Under the pieces are notes generated by a model. It ran no database searches. It saw only the letters and a program-made list of their open reading frames with translations, and was not told the origin of the DNA. From Eledone cirrhosa (taxonomy: Eukaryota): a stretch of 64,000 bases of DNA. This document shows positions 14,001 through 27,047 of the stretch, in pieces (within the stretch, counting starts at the first letter, position 1; every line of letters starts with the position of its first letter). The stretch spans positions 81,158,001 through 81,222,000 of the forward strand of contig OZ024745.1 in assembly GCA_964016885.1 (NCBI GenBank). The letters run 5' to 3'. Made by a program: the position numbers and the translations under genes.

Positions 14001-16013
14001 GGATTACATTTCGCAATTTACAAGTGATATCCAGCACATTGTTGGCTCCAACGCATTGTCACGTTTGCCAATCAGCTCCATCTCGTCATCCCAGGAGATC
14101 GACTTAAGTCATTTAGCTGCAGACCAACCTGCACTCCAATCGTTGGATACTCTTTCTGCCGAGTTTGCGATTTGCATCTTCAAATATCTGCCCTTGTCGA
14201 CCACCGACAGGCAAATTCTGTGTGATGTATCTAAGGATTCACCACGACCATATGTTCCTGAGACTCACTGTCAAATTGTGTTCCTTGCTTTGCACAGCAT
14301 TTCTCACCCAGGAATTTCTGCCACGGTAAAGCTTATAACGGCTAGATTTTTCTGGCCCAATATGAGGCGAGAAATTACTGTCTGGTGCCGTTCCTGTACG
14401 CAGTGTCAGAGATCTAAACTCCACAGACACATCCGAACTCCACCTGGTACTTTCAGTACTCCAGATGCTCGGTTTCAATACATCCACATTGATATCGTTG
14501 GACCTTGGCCATTCAGTAGTGGATATTCGTACCTCTTGACCTGTATCGATCGTTTTCGCGATGGCCTGAAGCCATCTCCTTAAAAGATATTACTGCTGAG
14601 ACTGTAGCGCTTGCCCTGGTATCAGGGTGGATTACCCGCTTTGGGGTACCAACTACAGTCACCACAGACCGTGGTAGACAATTTGAGTCTCATCTCTTCT
14701 CTGAGCTCACAAAGATCATTGGTGCTCAATGGATTCGGACCACAGCTTATCATCCTGCTTCGGACGGAATGGTGGAACGATTCCACTGCCAATTAAAGGT
14801 CGCTCTTCGTGCCTATCCCGACTCTCAACGTTGGAGCAAGTACTTTCCTATTGTGTTGTTAGGAATTCGGTCATCAATAAAGGAGGACCTTGGGTTCTCC
14901 CTGGCCAAATTACTGTATGGTGCTCCTTTAGCGTTGCCTGGGAAAATGCTTGCCCCTGTTGATCTTGCTTTACAGGACCCTGTTTCCTACGTATCTCGTT
15001 TGCGCTCCTATTTTCAGGACTTACTGCCCATGAATACTAGGAAACAAACTATTAAAGCTGCAGTCCCAAGGGATATTGCCTCGTGGACACATGTATTCGA
15101 CAGAAACGATGCGGTTACTCCACCCCTCACACAACCGTACTCTGGACCCTACCGTGTGTTAGCACGTACTGACAAACGTTTCACTGTAGACATTAAGGGG
15201 TCCAGAGAGACAATTTCGGTGGATAGACTAAAAAGGGCATACAATGACGCTCATACACCCGAGCCACAAATACCCCAATCTTTCTCTCTTGTGCATACAC
15301 CTGCTCCTTCTGCTTCACATTCACCTACAATCAAGACCATGACCCGTTCCGGTCGAAGAGTCTACTGGCCCCAAAAACTCTGCCAAAGTGTTTTCATGTG
15401 AACTGGCCACTGGAGCCTTTTTTGTTTTTCTCTTTATTGTATTACTATGTATACATGTACCTTTTCGTTACTATTTCATGCCTGTACCTTTGCGTTAATA
15501 TTTCATGCCTGTGCTGGGAGCCCATGCTTGTGGGTTCGCTACAGTTACCTTCGAGCTTTTCACCTATCATCTGGAGGAGGGTACTGTAGCAGCCCCTTAT
15601 GGCTGTAACTCAGCACGTATAGGAGTTGCGTCCCTTTGCGACAGTCGCGACTCCCAGTGGCAGATACGTATAGGAGTTGCGTCCCTTTGTGACGGTCGCG
15701 ACTCCCAGTGGCAGATCCATGCACTAAATGGAGTTGCGTCCTCCTGGGGACTATATATTTAAGAACATCAAGGCATTAACTCTCACTTCCTGCACCGCCA
15801 GCCGAAAGGACCACTTGAACCTTACTAAGAGAATATTTCTGCTCTTCTCTACACACTCCAGTCTGGGAGTTGTGACCAACTGACCATCAACATGTGGTAA
15901 AAATTATTTCTATTAATTTATTTGACTTCTGTGAAGTAAAACCATGTCACAACACTCACCTGCATTTATTGTCATTCTTAATAATATATATACACTGATA
16001 CTAACATTCTAAA
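11080..16013 (+). mobile_element. Ty3/gypsy LTR retrotransposon (CsRn1 clade), decayed; LTRs 11080-11457 and 15585-16013
   Basis: Paired LTRs; PBS TGGTGACC at 11459; PPT GGAGGAGGG before 15585; TSD TATA/TATG. Order PR(DTG)-RT(YIDD)-RH(DAS)-IN(HHCC, GPY), with stops at 13347 and 13770 and a frameshift near 14570. Only the gag C-terminus (CWYH) remains. Confidence 0.95.
12289..15401 (+). pseudogene. pol of LTR element 1 (disrupted)
   Basis: ORF pieces 12289-13347, 13369-13770, 13795-14583 and 14769-15401 are collinear PR-RT-RH-IN segments. Confidence 0.92.
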
Positions 16014-16939
16014 TATGCATTGATTGGCCATCCAATCATTTAAATTTATTATATTGCATCAAAGCTTTCTAAAACTGCCTCAAAACTCAATAATATATAT
16101 TCAAAATACTTTTTTTTTCATGGTGTTCCATACTATTTACAGTAGTGATGTATAACTGCAGAGGACACATATTTACACCTGCAAGACTAAGACATATTAA
16201 GTTGAATATTTTGGCCAAGAAACACAGTGAAAGAGCCAAACTGTTAACTGTCTAATTGATAAGCAAAATTTATCAAGTCAACCATTTGTGATGACACTCT
16301 GCTTCAAACTACTTGGTCGAAAAATAAGTCATCATCATCATCACCATTTAATGTCCATTTTTTCACGCTAGCATGAGTTGTCCCATTGAGACAAGTCAGA
16401 TCAGATGGCCATGACTTGCTTATACAGAACTGTTTGTGGCTTGGTTTTTATGGTTGGATACCCTTCCTAATGTAAACCACATATATAGTGTGGACTGGGT
16501 GCTTTTTATCATAGCACCAAAATGACGACTTTTCAGTGTGGACTGGGCATTTTTGTTGTGGCACCAAAATGACCACTTTACAGGTGTCATTTTAGTGCTG
16601 AACACCCAGTCCATACTGTGAAGTAGTCGTTTTGGTGCTGCAACAAAAAGCACTCAATATGGACTGGGTGTTCAGCACTAAAATGACACCTTTACAGTGT
16701 GGATTGGTTTCTTGGCACCAAAACAACCACTTGTCAGTGTGGACTGGGCGCTTTTTGTCATGTCACCATCTAGTTTAAATGTTCGCAAGAATATCCTTGT
16801 ACTAAAAAATAATTCATGAAAATAAATCAAAACACAAACACTGATGTAGAAAATATTTAAAATAAAGAAAAAAGAAACAAAAACAAATAAGCATTTAAAA
16901 TAAAATTGAAATCAATAAAAACATAAATAAGCAACTTAC

Positions 16940-17046
16940 TTGAGAACAAACAAATTTGAAATTAGGGAAATTTTCCATAAGTCTTAATGTACTTGACCAA
17001 CTACGAGCACATTTCCGAATGGTCTCAGCATAGGGCCACAGCCATG
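16940..17046 (-). CDS. MAN2C1: MAN2C1 coding exon 8
   Basis: [36 protein letters not shown]; 107 nt, phase 1-0. Confidence 0.95.
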
Positions 17047-18399
17047 CTATTAGAAGAAATAAAGCAAACCAAGTTGTTTATATTATTAAATACATATATT
17101 ATCAATTAAACAAACATCATAATTATTATAGGTAAAGAGAAGTTCCTAGCTAAGTGTAACTTCACCTCCATGTGGTGATCTGTATATGAAAAAATATGTT
17201 GATGAACAATAATAATATACATACATGTACATACACACATACTGGTCCCTGGAACTGTAAAATTGGAAAGATGGTAACCTGCTTGAGGAGGGAGCCCTGT
17301 GAGTTAGGATGGCTGTTGCAGTGGGTGTCTCTGACCATTCTCTGCAGTAATGCCTTTGCTATTTTGTCCGTGGGGTACGCCCAGACTAGGGTACAGTGTC
17401 TGTCCCTCCTCTTTTCCCTTTCTTTCATTGTTTGATTCTTTTTCTTTTACTTCTTTTCATTTCCACTGTTTTCGTTTTTTTTTTGTTCCCTTTAATAGTG
17501 TGTTTTGTTGTTGTCATAACTATTCATCACATATTTGCTGACCATCAGACATAATGTGGCATGAAAAGAAGAAGAATTAGCTAGTTCTATACTACAGGTC
17601 TTCTTGAACAATAACAATAACAATTTACAGAACAAGTCAACATTAAAATAACCTTCCATCTGTTGGTGTTAACATTTGTCTAAAGCTAAATAGTCCAATG
17701 ATTAGCAAAAGACATACACCAATTAAAACGCACACAACCTTACTACCTATGATGTTCTGTAATATTTCAATAATACCATATTTATATCAGATAAAGCCAA
17801 CACAACCACATCAGTCATTATACAGTAAAACAGGCAAATGATATTGTCAATGTTTTCAGTAGTTCAGTTGTACAAACATGGTCAAAAACTTGATAAATGT
17901 AAGAAAAAGATATTAGAAACCTTACTGTAAGACATGTACAAGTGATGGAAGGTGAAAGGAAGAGGCTAAACTTCATGTAATAATTCAAGATTTAAAAATG
18001 AAGCTAACCTCAGTGGGATTTGAACTCAGAATGTAAAGGGTTGTAACTATATGCCACAAAGTATGTCTGACACTCTATTCATACTGCCAATCCACCACCT
18101 TCGGCAGAGTTGTTTTGCTAGAGAATGGATCACAAGTGGTGGATGGCGACACTGCCACCAAATATGATGGTTAGTTGAGATATAAGCGGGATCCTGTCGG
18201 ACGAATAAGCAACCTCGGACCAACAGTAGAAGATGGAACAAAAAAACTTTCACAACTCAGAGATGTAGCTATGTAGAAGTGAGTAAAGGCCACTTCTAAA
18301 AAAGGCTAGTCTTCACAGGTCTGAGAAAAAGACCAAATTGGTGACTGGCATGAACGAGACCACCAAAACAGTGCAATATAGTCAGAAACTATAAAGACA

Positions 18400-19140
18400 G
18401 CCATACTGCATCATCCTTTGTGTGAAATAACAAGGGACATGTTCAGACCTTGGGTATAGGGCCTGTTTGAAAAATATATTACAGTCTCCACCCAATGCTG
18501 CAAGAACTGGCGATGGGGTTGCGACCTGTCCTGGTGGGTGTAGGATGGAAGCATAAACGATAAGTATACCAAGATGCCAGAGAGGGTCTGGAAGAGAGCA
18601 AATTTTGACAATTGGTAGCTAGAACGTTACAACCTTACATGCAAGGAACAGGAACTAATGGAAGAGGACAGATGCTACCGGCTAGATATAGTCGGGGTTT
18701 CTTCAAAGTTTTGAGGCTCTGCTACTGTAGATTTGGATGGAGGTTGGAAACCCCACTATTCAGGTGTGGTGCCAGAAATGACTGCACAAGTGGGAGTGGT
18801 GATACTCACAAGTGCCTGGCTGTCAGAATGTGTTATGAACTGGATCCCATGGAGAGGGAGGATTTGCCTCTTGAAGCTTTAGCTGAAAGAAAGGTCTTAG
18901 TGAGTAGTGCAAGTTTATGGGCCAAACAGAAAGTCTGAATACAGATCCTTCATTGATGAAGTCACTGCAGCATTAGATGTAGTTATGATTGAGCCATATA
19001 GTCTAATGGGACACTTCAATACACATGTTGGCACTGACTACTTGATATGGAAAGGAGTGATTGGAAGGAACAGAAATCCCAATCTAAATACAAATGGAGA
19101 GCCCTTATTAAACTTCTGTCCTAGTAATGGGCTCTTTATT
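18400..19140 (+). mobile_element. RTE-type LINE APE endonuclease relic
   Basis: VQVYGPN, LMGHFNTHVG (degenerate GDFN), NGEPLLNFC. Confidence 0.75.
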
Positions 19141-19374
19141 TGTGGGGAGGGGAAAGTCAATTATATTAACCCCAGTACTTTACTGGTACTTTATTTTATC
19201 AATCCAGATGAAAGGCAAAGTTTACCTCAGTTGGATTTGAAGTCAGAACATAAAGAGCTGGTGAAAATACTGAAAAACATTTTTTATTTGATTATTAATG
19301 AATTTGCCAATTCACCACACTCAGTGGAGATATTAATTAATCATAATGTGAGATGGTCAGTTTGGTGCCACAAT

Positions 19375-19797
19375 AAATAGCACCCAGATCAACCTGTTAG
19401 GTGGTCATACTGGTGACATGACAAAAAGCACCCAATCCACCCAGTTAGATGGTTGTTTTGGTTCCACAATAAAAAGCACCCAGTCCACACTGTAATGTGG
19501 TTGTGCTGGTGTCATGACAAAAAGCACCCAGTCTACCCTGATAGATGGTCATTTTGGTGCCACAATAAAATTACCCAATCTACTCTGTAAGGTGGTCATG
19601 CTAGTGACAACAAAAAACACTCAGTCCACTTTTTAAGGTGGTCATTTTGGTGCCACCATAAAAAGCACCCAGTCCACTTTTTAAGGTGGTCATTTTGGTG
19701 CCACCATAAAAAGCACCCAGTCCACACTGTAATGTGGTTGTGCTGGTGACACGACAAAAACCATCCAGTCAACCCAGTAACATGGTTTGTGTTAGAA
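19375..19797 (+). repeat. Tandem ~40-50 bp units derived from a SINE/RTE-tail repeat (AAAAGCACCCAGTCCAC...GTGG)
   Basis: Directly visible. Similar arrays occur at 16480-16770 (opposite strand) and 57950-58190. Confidence 0.8.
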
Positions 19798-19801
19798 AGG
19801 G

Positions 19802-22800
19802 TTTAGGCGGGCGATGGTCATCAGTCATCCCGTCTAATTGGTTATTGTTTACTGGCACATAGTCAAACAAGGAAGAAAGAACATACCTCAATTTTATGTT
19901 ATAAAAACATTTTTTATATAGGAGCAATTACAGAATATATACAAATACATTAGTGCTCCTAGGTTGGGATATATTTAAGTCATCATATACTGCCGCATGG
20001 TGTGATGTCATCCTTTGGATCACTGCATGAAGATAGTACGATAGAGATAGCACGTCTATTGTCTCCGAGCTCTCATTGTCCAAGTGTTATTGTCTCAGCT
20101 ACTGACGTCAGAACTAAGGGCAGTTAATCGACAAAGAAATGTCCCTATTTTTCTTTCAACAATTTTTCAAAATTTCCGCGAAAGAGAAGAGTAACTTAGC
20201 ACAATTAGGCACAAACCGCCTATAAAAATTAATCAGCCCCAAGAATTGGCGCAACTGACGAAGTGAGGTTGGTGGAGACAAATCCTCTATAGCTTTAACT
20301 CTCTCAGGAATAGGTCGAATGCCGTCAGTATCAATGACGTGACCCAAAACATTGTAATTCTTCAAACGACAAAATAGAAGTTCCAGATGGCGCAAATGCT
20401 GCTCTGGAGAAGAGCTCGCAACAAGGAGGTCATCAATGTAGGTGTATACAAACTCGAGGCCGCGAGTGACCTCATCCATAAAACACTGGAAGGTGCTAGC
20501 AGCATTCCTTAACCCGAAAGGTATGGTGAGAAATTCGAAAGATCCAAATGGCGTAGTTATAGCCATTTTCGGGATGTCGTCTCTGTTGACAGGAATTTGG
20601 TTATAGGCTTGTAGCAAATCGAGCTTCGAAAAAATATTGCAACCTTGCAACGAGGATGCAAAATCCTGCAAATGAGGGATAGGATACCGATCCGGTACGG
20701 TCATCGAGTTCAATCTTCTATAATCTCCAGTGGGTCTCCAATCGCCAGAAGATTTTGGCATCATATGTAATGGAGATGCCCACGGGTTCGTGGAAGGTCA
20801 GTGACTCTTAAAATTTCATGAGTCAGTTGCGGGAACGATTCCAACAGTCCATGATATGAGATTCCAGAGTTAGCAATAGAGAAAGTCGGGCTAACTGTAG
20901 AAAATTCCGCCGTCCTGCCACAAAGAGAAAAACCAGTAATATCGTCAATCATGCGTTGGTGACGAACGTCCACCATCAAAGAAAAATGGTGCAGGAAGTC
21001 TGCACCCAAAATCGGGTATGGCAGATCAGCAACAGTGAACACCCATTTGAAATCCCGACGAAGATTTCGGAACTTAAGAGGAAGCGAGATCTGTCCAAAA
21101 GTTCTGAATGTTGACTGGTTGACAGCTTGAAATTCGATCAATGACTCAGGAGGAGTTACTGTCATAGTATTAACAGGCCAAATACTGCACAATGCTCCTG
21201 TGTCCACTAGGAAGGCTCTTCCAGAGACAGGAATTCCTCAATGAAGAAATGGCGGTTCCGTTTTGTCTTGCAGAGTTCACTAGCCGCCTTTAGTGACACT
21301 GGTCCACATTTCCTGCAGCCGAATAATTACACGGAGGCTGGCAATGATTTGCCTTATCTGCAAAGGTAGCATGATACCAGCACAATGATGGGTTGCTGGC
21401 AGGCGAAGTAGTACGTCGACGTGGAGTTGCGAAAGAACGCGAACGACTCCTAGGCCGCCAGGAATACGGCCTATTCTCCCTGCATAATCGAGCGACTTGC
21501 TGCGTCAAAGCGTCAATAGCCTTCAACATGGCATCCTCGTGTGTCGAGGCGGGCTGGTTCAAATGAGAGGAAGCGATCCGCGAGTCCGAGGCGGTAGTCT
21601 TTTTAGAAAATTCAACGATTCGATCCGCGGAGGCAGCAATTTGCTCCAAAGAGCTGGTGTCCATTATATTTGCCAAAATAATTTGGATGTTGTTTGGCAG
21701 GCGAGAGAAAAATAATTTTTTTAATAAAGGAATTATCCTGTTCAGGCGATTCACTGAGGTCCCTAATGTGGTGCAAAAATTCGGACGGCGACCTATCACC
21801 TAGACACTCATCCTCCAACAATGAACGAAATGTGCTCTCAGCAGAACGACTGTTCCTTCGAAGAATTTCTTCCCGCAACGAATCATAGGAAATACTGGCC
21901 GACGGGTTCGTAATCAAATCTTTCACTGTTATAGCGAGTGAAGAAGGAATACCACTTATCAAAAAGTTGAGCTTTTTCTCGGCTTTTACTTCATTGGCAG
22001 CAAAATAAGCTCGAGCTGCGCAAACCAGAGTTTAGTATCACCTGAGAACGCAGGCAGACCAGGACCACTCATCGTCAATTCACATGGACGAATAAAAGTA
22101 AGTAATGTTCAAAACGATGGGAAAACAGCACAATTTTCCCTAAACATCCATAAAATTGCCGCAAGCAAAACAAATTGAGTCACAGTACAAGAAATAGCAG
22201 CAAAAATCCAAAAGGTAGAATCTGTGGAACAAGTTAGACATTATCAAACAAGATGGCGTCGCATTTCTTTTCCAAAACAAGAATATGGTCGCATGACGAG
22301 GCTAAGCCAATCAGATGGCTGCATTTGAAGAAGAAAGACAATGTACGGGAATGTTAGCTGGCCAGTCAGCCATGTTGAAAAAAACAAATTTTCTTTTTTT
22401 TTTTTGTATAACACGAACAATTTTCAATTTAAAACGAATGGCGAAATTAAGCAGGCTGCGTTTTCATATTTAATCATCGAGGGTCACCACTTTAGGCGGG
22501 CGATGGTCGTCAGTCATCCCGTCTAATTGGTTATTGTTTACTGGCACATAGTCAAACAAGGAAGAAAGAACATACCTCAATTTTATGTTATAAAAATATT
22601 TTTTATATAGGAGCAATTACAGAATATATACAAATACATTAGTGCTCCTAGGTTGGGATATATTTAAGTCATCATATACTGCCGCATGGTGTGATGTCAT
22701 CCTTTGGATCACTGCATGAAGATAGCACGTCTATTGTCTCCGAGCTCTCATTGTCCAAGTATTATTGTCTCAGTTACTGACGTCAGAACTAAGGGCAGTT

Positions 22801-22846
22801 AATCGACTACCTTCACAGTCGACGCTAGATGGCGTGATCTTCTACA
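19802..22846 (-). mobile_element. Ty3/gypsy LTR retrotransposon (CsRn1 clade), internally deleted; 5' LTR 22846-22491, partial 3' LTR 20132-19802
   Basis: Perfect TSD AGGG (19798-19801 / 22847-22850); PBS TGGTGACCC at 22489. gag from ATG 22072 has the CHCC knuckle CWYHATFADKANHCQPPC. PR and RT are present; RNase H, integrase and PPT are absent. Confidence 0.95.
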
Positions 22847-23148
22847 AGGGCATCCAGTCACAGAAACCAAGCCAAAATACAGATCCATATAAGCAAGACA
22901 TGGTCACCTGAGCTGACATGTCTCGTAATATGACAGCCTATCTAACGTGCAAGCACGGAAAATAAACATATGATGATGTACAAGTGATGGTAGGTGAAAG
23001 GAAGAAGCTACACATCATACAACAATTTAAGATTAAATAACGAAGCAGGTGATTGATACAATATTGATATGATAGTGAAGATATTAACGAGAATGGTGTT
23101 GATGAAGAAGAAAATGAAAAATAGTTCAATAACAAATAAACACATTAC

Positions 23149-23240
23149 CAGTATCAATGTGACAATGCCCAATAGCATGGATTGTATGGAAGCTATCACC
23201 ATTTCTTTCATTAAAGAACTTCTTCGATATCTTTATGGCA
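23149..23240 (-). CDS. MAN2C1: MAN2C1 coding exon 7 (GH38 metal-binding HxD motif)
   Basis: [30 protein letters not shown]; 92 nt, phase 2-1. Confidence 0.94.
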
Positions 23241-23479
23241 CTAAAAAAACAAAATGATTATTTCATTATTATTAATAATGGTAAGGGTGGAAGATTGGCA
23301 GTATCGGTAGAACATCAGTTAACATGTTTGCAACATATAGTTAGAACCTTTTACATTCTGAATTCAAAACCCACCGAGGTTAGCTTTGCCTTTCATACTT
23401 ATGGGGTCTATAAAATAAAGTACCAGTAATGCACTGGGGTTGGTTTAATCAACTTTGCATTCCCCCCTTGTAACAATCC

Positions 23480-24370
23480 CATCCTGAAGGTAATTCCTAG
23501 CTTCTCAAGCCATGCATGTCACCTTCTACTAACTGTTCCCAGTGCGCTAACCACAATCAGTACCACTTCTACGCATCTGATTCTCCATAGCTTCCTCATT
23601 TCTCTCTTCAGCTCTTGGTATTTCTCAACTTTCTCACTTCTGGCAATGTTGTCGTGCCTTCTCTTGTACTCCTTCTGGGCAAGCATCTTACATTCACTAA
23701 TAATATGGTTTATTGTTTCACCTTTCTCACCACACAGTCTACTAAGTAGGGAATTCATTAACTTGTCAATATTGAACTTGATATAGTTTGTTCTCAATGC
23801 CTGTTCCTGGGCTGCAAAAATAAGGGCCGCAGTTTCAACTTTTAAGTCACTTTTCCAAGTCCATTCCCAGTTCTTATCTTTGTCAACTGTCTCAGGCATT
23901 TCACGTAAGAATTGACCATACATTTTTTCTTCCATCTATTCAATGTGTCATTCTGTCTGTCTTGTTTAAATTCTCCCTTTTCCTTTGCTTCATCACTGTT
24001 TAGGACCTTCATCTTTCTTACTCCTGCCATCAATCTCTTCTTTGAATTCTTTACATACCATACCAGATTATTTTCCTCCGACTTCACACACATTTCACAG
24101 TTAATGAGGCCTCACCTCCTCTCTGTCGTGATAGATACAACTTGTCCACATCACCTTTGAAGTGTAGAGCCCCTAGTAGTGTATTCATTTTCCTAGTCTT
24201 TCTATCAAGCCCCTTAAGTTCATCACATCTCCACTATCACACCAGCGCTATACCTTAGGGTCGCAACAGCCCATGTGTTGATAGCTAGTATCTTATTCCT
24301 ACCACTTAACTTCATTTTAAACACGAACTTCAGTCCCCATTTATGTTCCTTTGACAATAGTTCTTTCATT
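23480..24370 (-). mobile_element. R4/Dong-type restriction-like-endonuclease LINE relic
   Basis: MYGQFLR...ETAALIFAAQEQALRTN...CGEKGETINHIISEC...YKRRHD...EKVEKYQEL. Confidence 0.85.
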
Positions 24371-24825
24371 TACTTCTCTTTCATCCATGCCATGGATGAA
24401 AGAGAACCAGTCATTTTTTTTTTTATTGCTCTGGCTTGGTCACATAACATCTGCTCTGTGAATTGAAACAAGCTGCTTTCTCTCCATTTTTTAAGCATTT
24501 ATTGTTGGTATCCTTTGATAGGAACCCCATTTTCCTCTACAGGATTGCTCAAGTTATAACATTCCATGATCACAACATTTACTTGTTTACTCCACCTATA
24601 GAGGCAGTTCAATGTTTTTCTCCTTTTCTCAAAAATATTCCATTCTTCAAAATCATGTATAAGATATGATTTCTATTTTCGTTTTTACATTTCTAGAATG
24701 CTTCACAACCACTGGAATTAATGTTGCAATGTGCAGTATGAGCTCTGGATATGTGGAGGCATGCTATGTATAGAATAACAGATGGTTGGGTCACACTTAG
24801 TTGTTTAGTCAATTAATTGGGTAGC

Positions 24826-25120
24826 AGAGGTCAACAGAATTGGTGCAACTCAACAACACCTACTGTGCCACGTTTCAACAGAACTAGTACTGTTATAGAG
24901 TGACACAACACCCACTGTACTATAGGTCAACAGAACTAGTACTATTATGAGGCTACACAACACCCACTGTACTATAGGTCAACAGAACTAGTACTGTTAT
25001 GGGGCTAGACAACACCCACTGTACTATAGGTCAACAGAACTAGTACTGTTATGGAGCTAGACAACAACTACTGTACTACAGCTTAACAGGATTAGTACTG
25101 TTATGAGGCTAGACAACAAT
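24826..25120. repeat. 52-bp minisatellite, ~5 copies
   Basis: Unit ACAACACCCACTGTACTATAGGTCAACAGAACTAGTACTGTTATGGGGCTAG; unit starts at 24905 and 24957 give the period. Confidence 0.9.
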
Positions 25121-25517
25121 ACCTACACGAGCACCCAGTCCGCCCACCCCTCAGTTGTTAGTGGTGGTACTGCAAATGGTAAAATGTCTCCAACTCAAAC
25201 TTAAAAGCACCAATGTAAAAAGCACCCAGTCCACCCTGTCCGGTGGTAGTGGTGGTGCTACAATAAAATGCACCTAGTATATGCCATAAAGTTGTTGGCA
25301 TGAAGAAACAAGACACAGAATTCTGACCTGTATGGCCCTAGAATGTGACAACCTGTATAACCCATGCAAGCACTGAAGATAGATGTTAAACAGTGATGGT
25401 AATGTTTATGACGATCTGTAATTTTGTCATGTCAGTTACAGTAGTGAGGTCAAGTATTTTTTCCACGTATGAATTAGTGAGTGAATGTAGAGTAAACCAA
25501 ACCTTTCTATGTCCTAC

Positions 25518-25615
25518 CTGTTATATACTTCAGTTGTGTGTTCTAGACAGGTATTAATCATATTATTTGCAGTATAAAGAGCTTGATACCCTCTTTCACT
25601 TGTTTCAGGTAAACA
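25518..25615 (-). CDS. MAN2C1: MAN2C1 coding exon 6
   Basis: CLPETSERGYQALYTANNMINTCLEHTTEVYN (RxxQALYTANxMxN motif); 98 nt, phase 0-2. Confidence 0.92.
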
Positions 25616-26344
25616 CTAAAAGAGAAGAATTACTCAAATATATATGGGGAGATAGCATAAAAATAAATATTTAAGCTCAACTTTGGTATTGTGAACTTAT
25701 TCTCACATCTATCAATAACACACACACACACACGTGTGTGTGTGTATAATTACTCTCTGAACCGTTTAAAATGTGATGACATTGTTTTTGCTGTTATTAC
25801 ACTTTTTATTTTTAATCTCCACTCTTGCTCGCTCTGATCAATTGACAAGATCCCAGACTTCATTCGCTTGCTGAGTGGGGTGGACCTCATCAAATCAAAC
25901 TATTGGTCTTTTCATTGCTGATATTATTTACTGGTTCCAACTACTGGCAGAAAGAACAATGTAAAATAAAGTGTTTTTCTCAAGGACAAAACGCATCACC
26001 CGGTTTGAGAATTGAACTCTCAACTTCATGATTATGAATCCAACTCTCTAACCACTAAGCCACACACCTTCACATTGTAAGGGATATTTTTACATCTAGT
26101 ATTCCTAATGAGGTGAAGAGGGAAACTAATTAATCAAACAAAACTATCAATTATTTCATCGTTACTGAAATGTACATAGAATAAAAAAATGTTTTGAATC
26201 CTGGCAAGCACTTGGTTTTCCTTTGAATACATTTTAATACTCTGTGATGCCAGTTATTTTCCAATCTTTTGGATCTTACTTGGATGTATTTGATCTGCAT
26301 GATTATTAATCATATCAACACATCTAACTTCCCAACAATATATA

Positions 26345-26737
26345 CGAGGGTAATCCCAACAGTAAGGTCTCCAAAGCGATGGGGACGCAGAGAAACTGTT
26401 CGTACAGCTGTTGGCAACACTGTTGTGATTGGTGTTTCCTTCACTTCCAAACAAGCATGCTTTGCTTTGCTGGGATGCTCAATCTTGGCTTGGCAGCCAT
26501 TGAGAATGGAGCTCCCGTTGAACGCTACCGCCAAGTGCGAATTTCGCGCAGTTATTATATACGAGGGCAATCCCAAAAGTAAGGTCTCCTTCCGAGGAAA
26601 ACATGCATAAAGATCGGCGGATCACTCTGGATGCTCTCTGCATTTTGGTTCCGGAGGTTTCCCGAAGCACCATCCACAGGATTTTAATGGAAAAGTTGCA
26701 ATATCGGAAGGAGACCTTACTTTTGGGATTGCCCTCG
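26345..26737 (+). mobile_element. mariner deletion derivatives (three TIR copies)
   Basis: TA-flanked TIR CGAGGGYAATCCCAAMAGTAAGGTCTCC at 26345, 26562 and inverted ending at 26737. Transposase scraps MELPLNATAKCEFRAVI and DRRITLDAL...STIHRILMEKLQYRK. Confidence 0.88.
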
Positions 26738-27047
26738 TATATTCACACACACATATATCACATATATATATACATATATATATATATGTGTGTGTGCATG
26801 TGTGAAGGCTTAGTGGCCTGTTGGTGTCAAAAAATTTCTCTCAAAGAAAGGCCAGCTGTATGATACCTGTGTTTGATGTTGCAGGGCAATGATACATTGG
26901 CAGTGAATGCAGAGGCTTGAGAGAAATGCATGAATAAAGTATTGCTGAACTGAGAGAAAAGCTGGGTGTAAGAAGAATCAGATGTAATGGACAGGAGAAG
27001 AAACTGCACATGTGATGCATATTGACGATGATTGTTGAGTGAAGAAG

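Noticed and set aside
24826-25120. Possible CRISPR-like array
   Set aside because: Contiguous 52-bp units without variable spacers.
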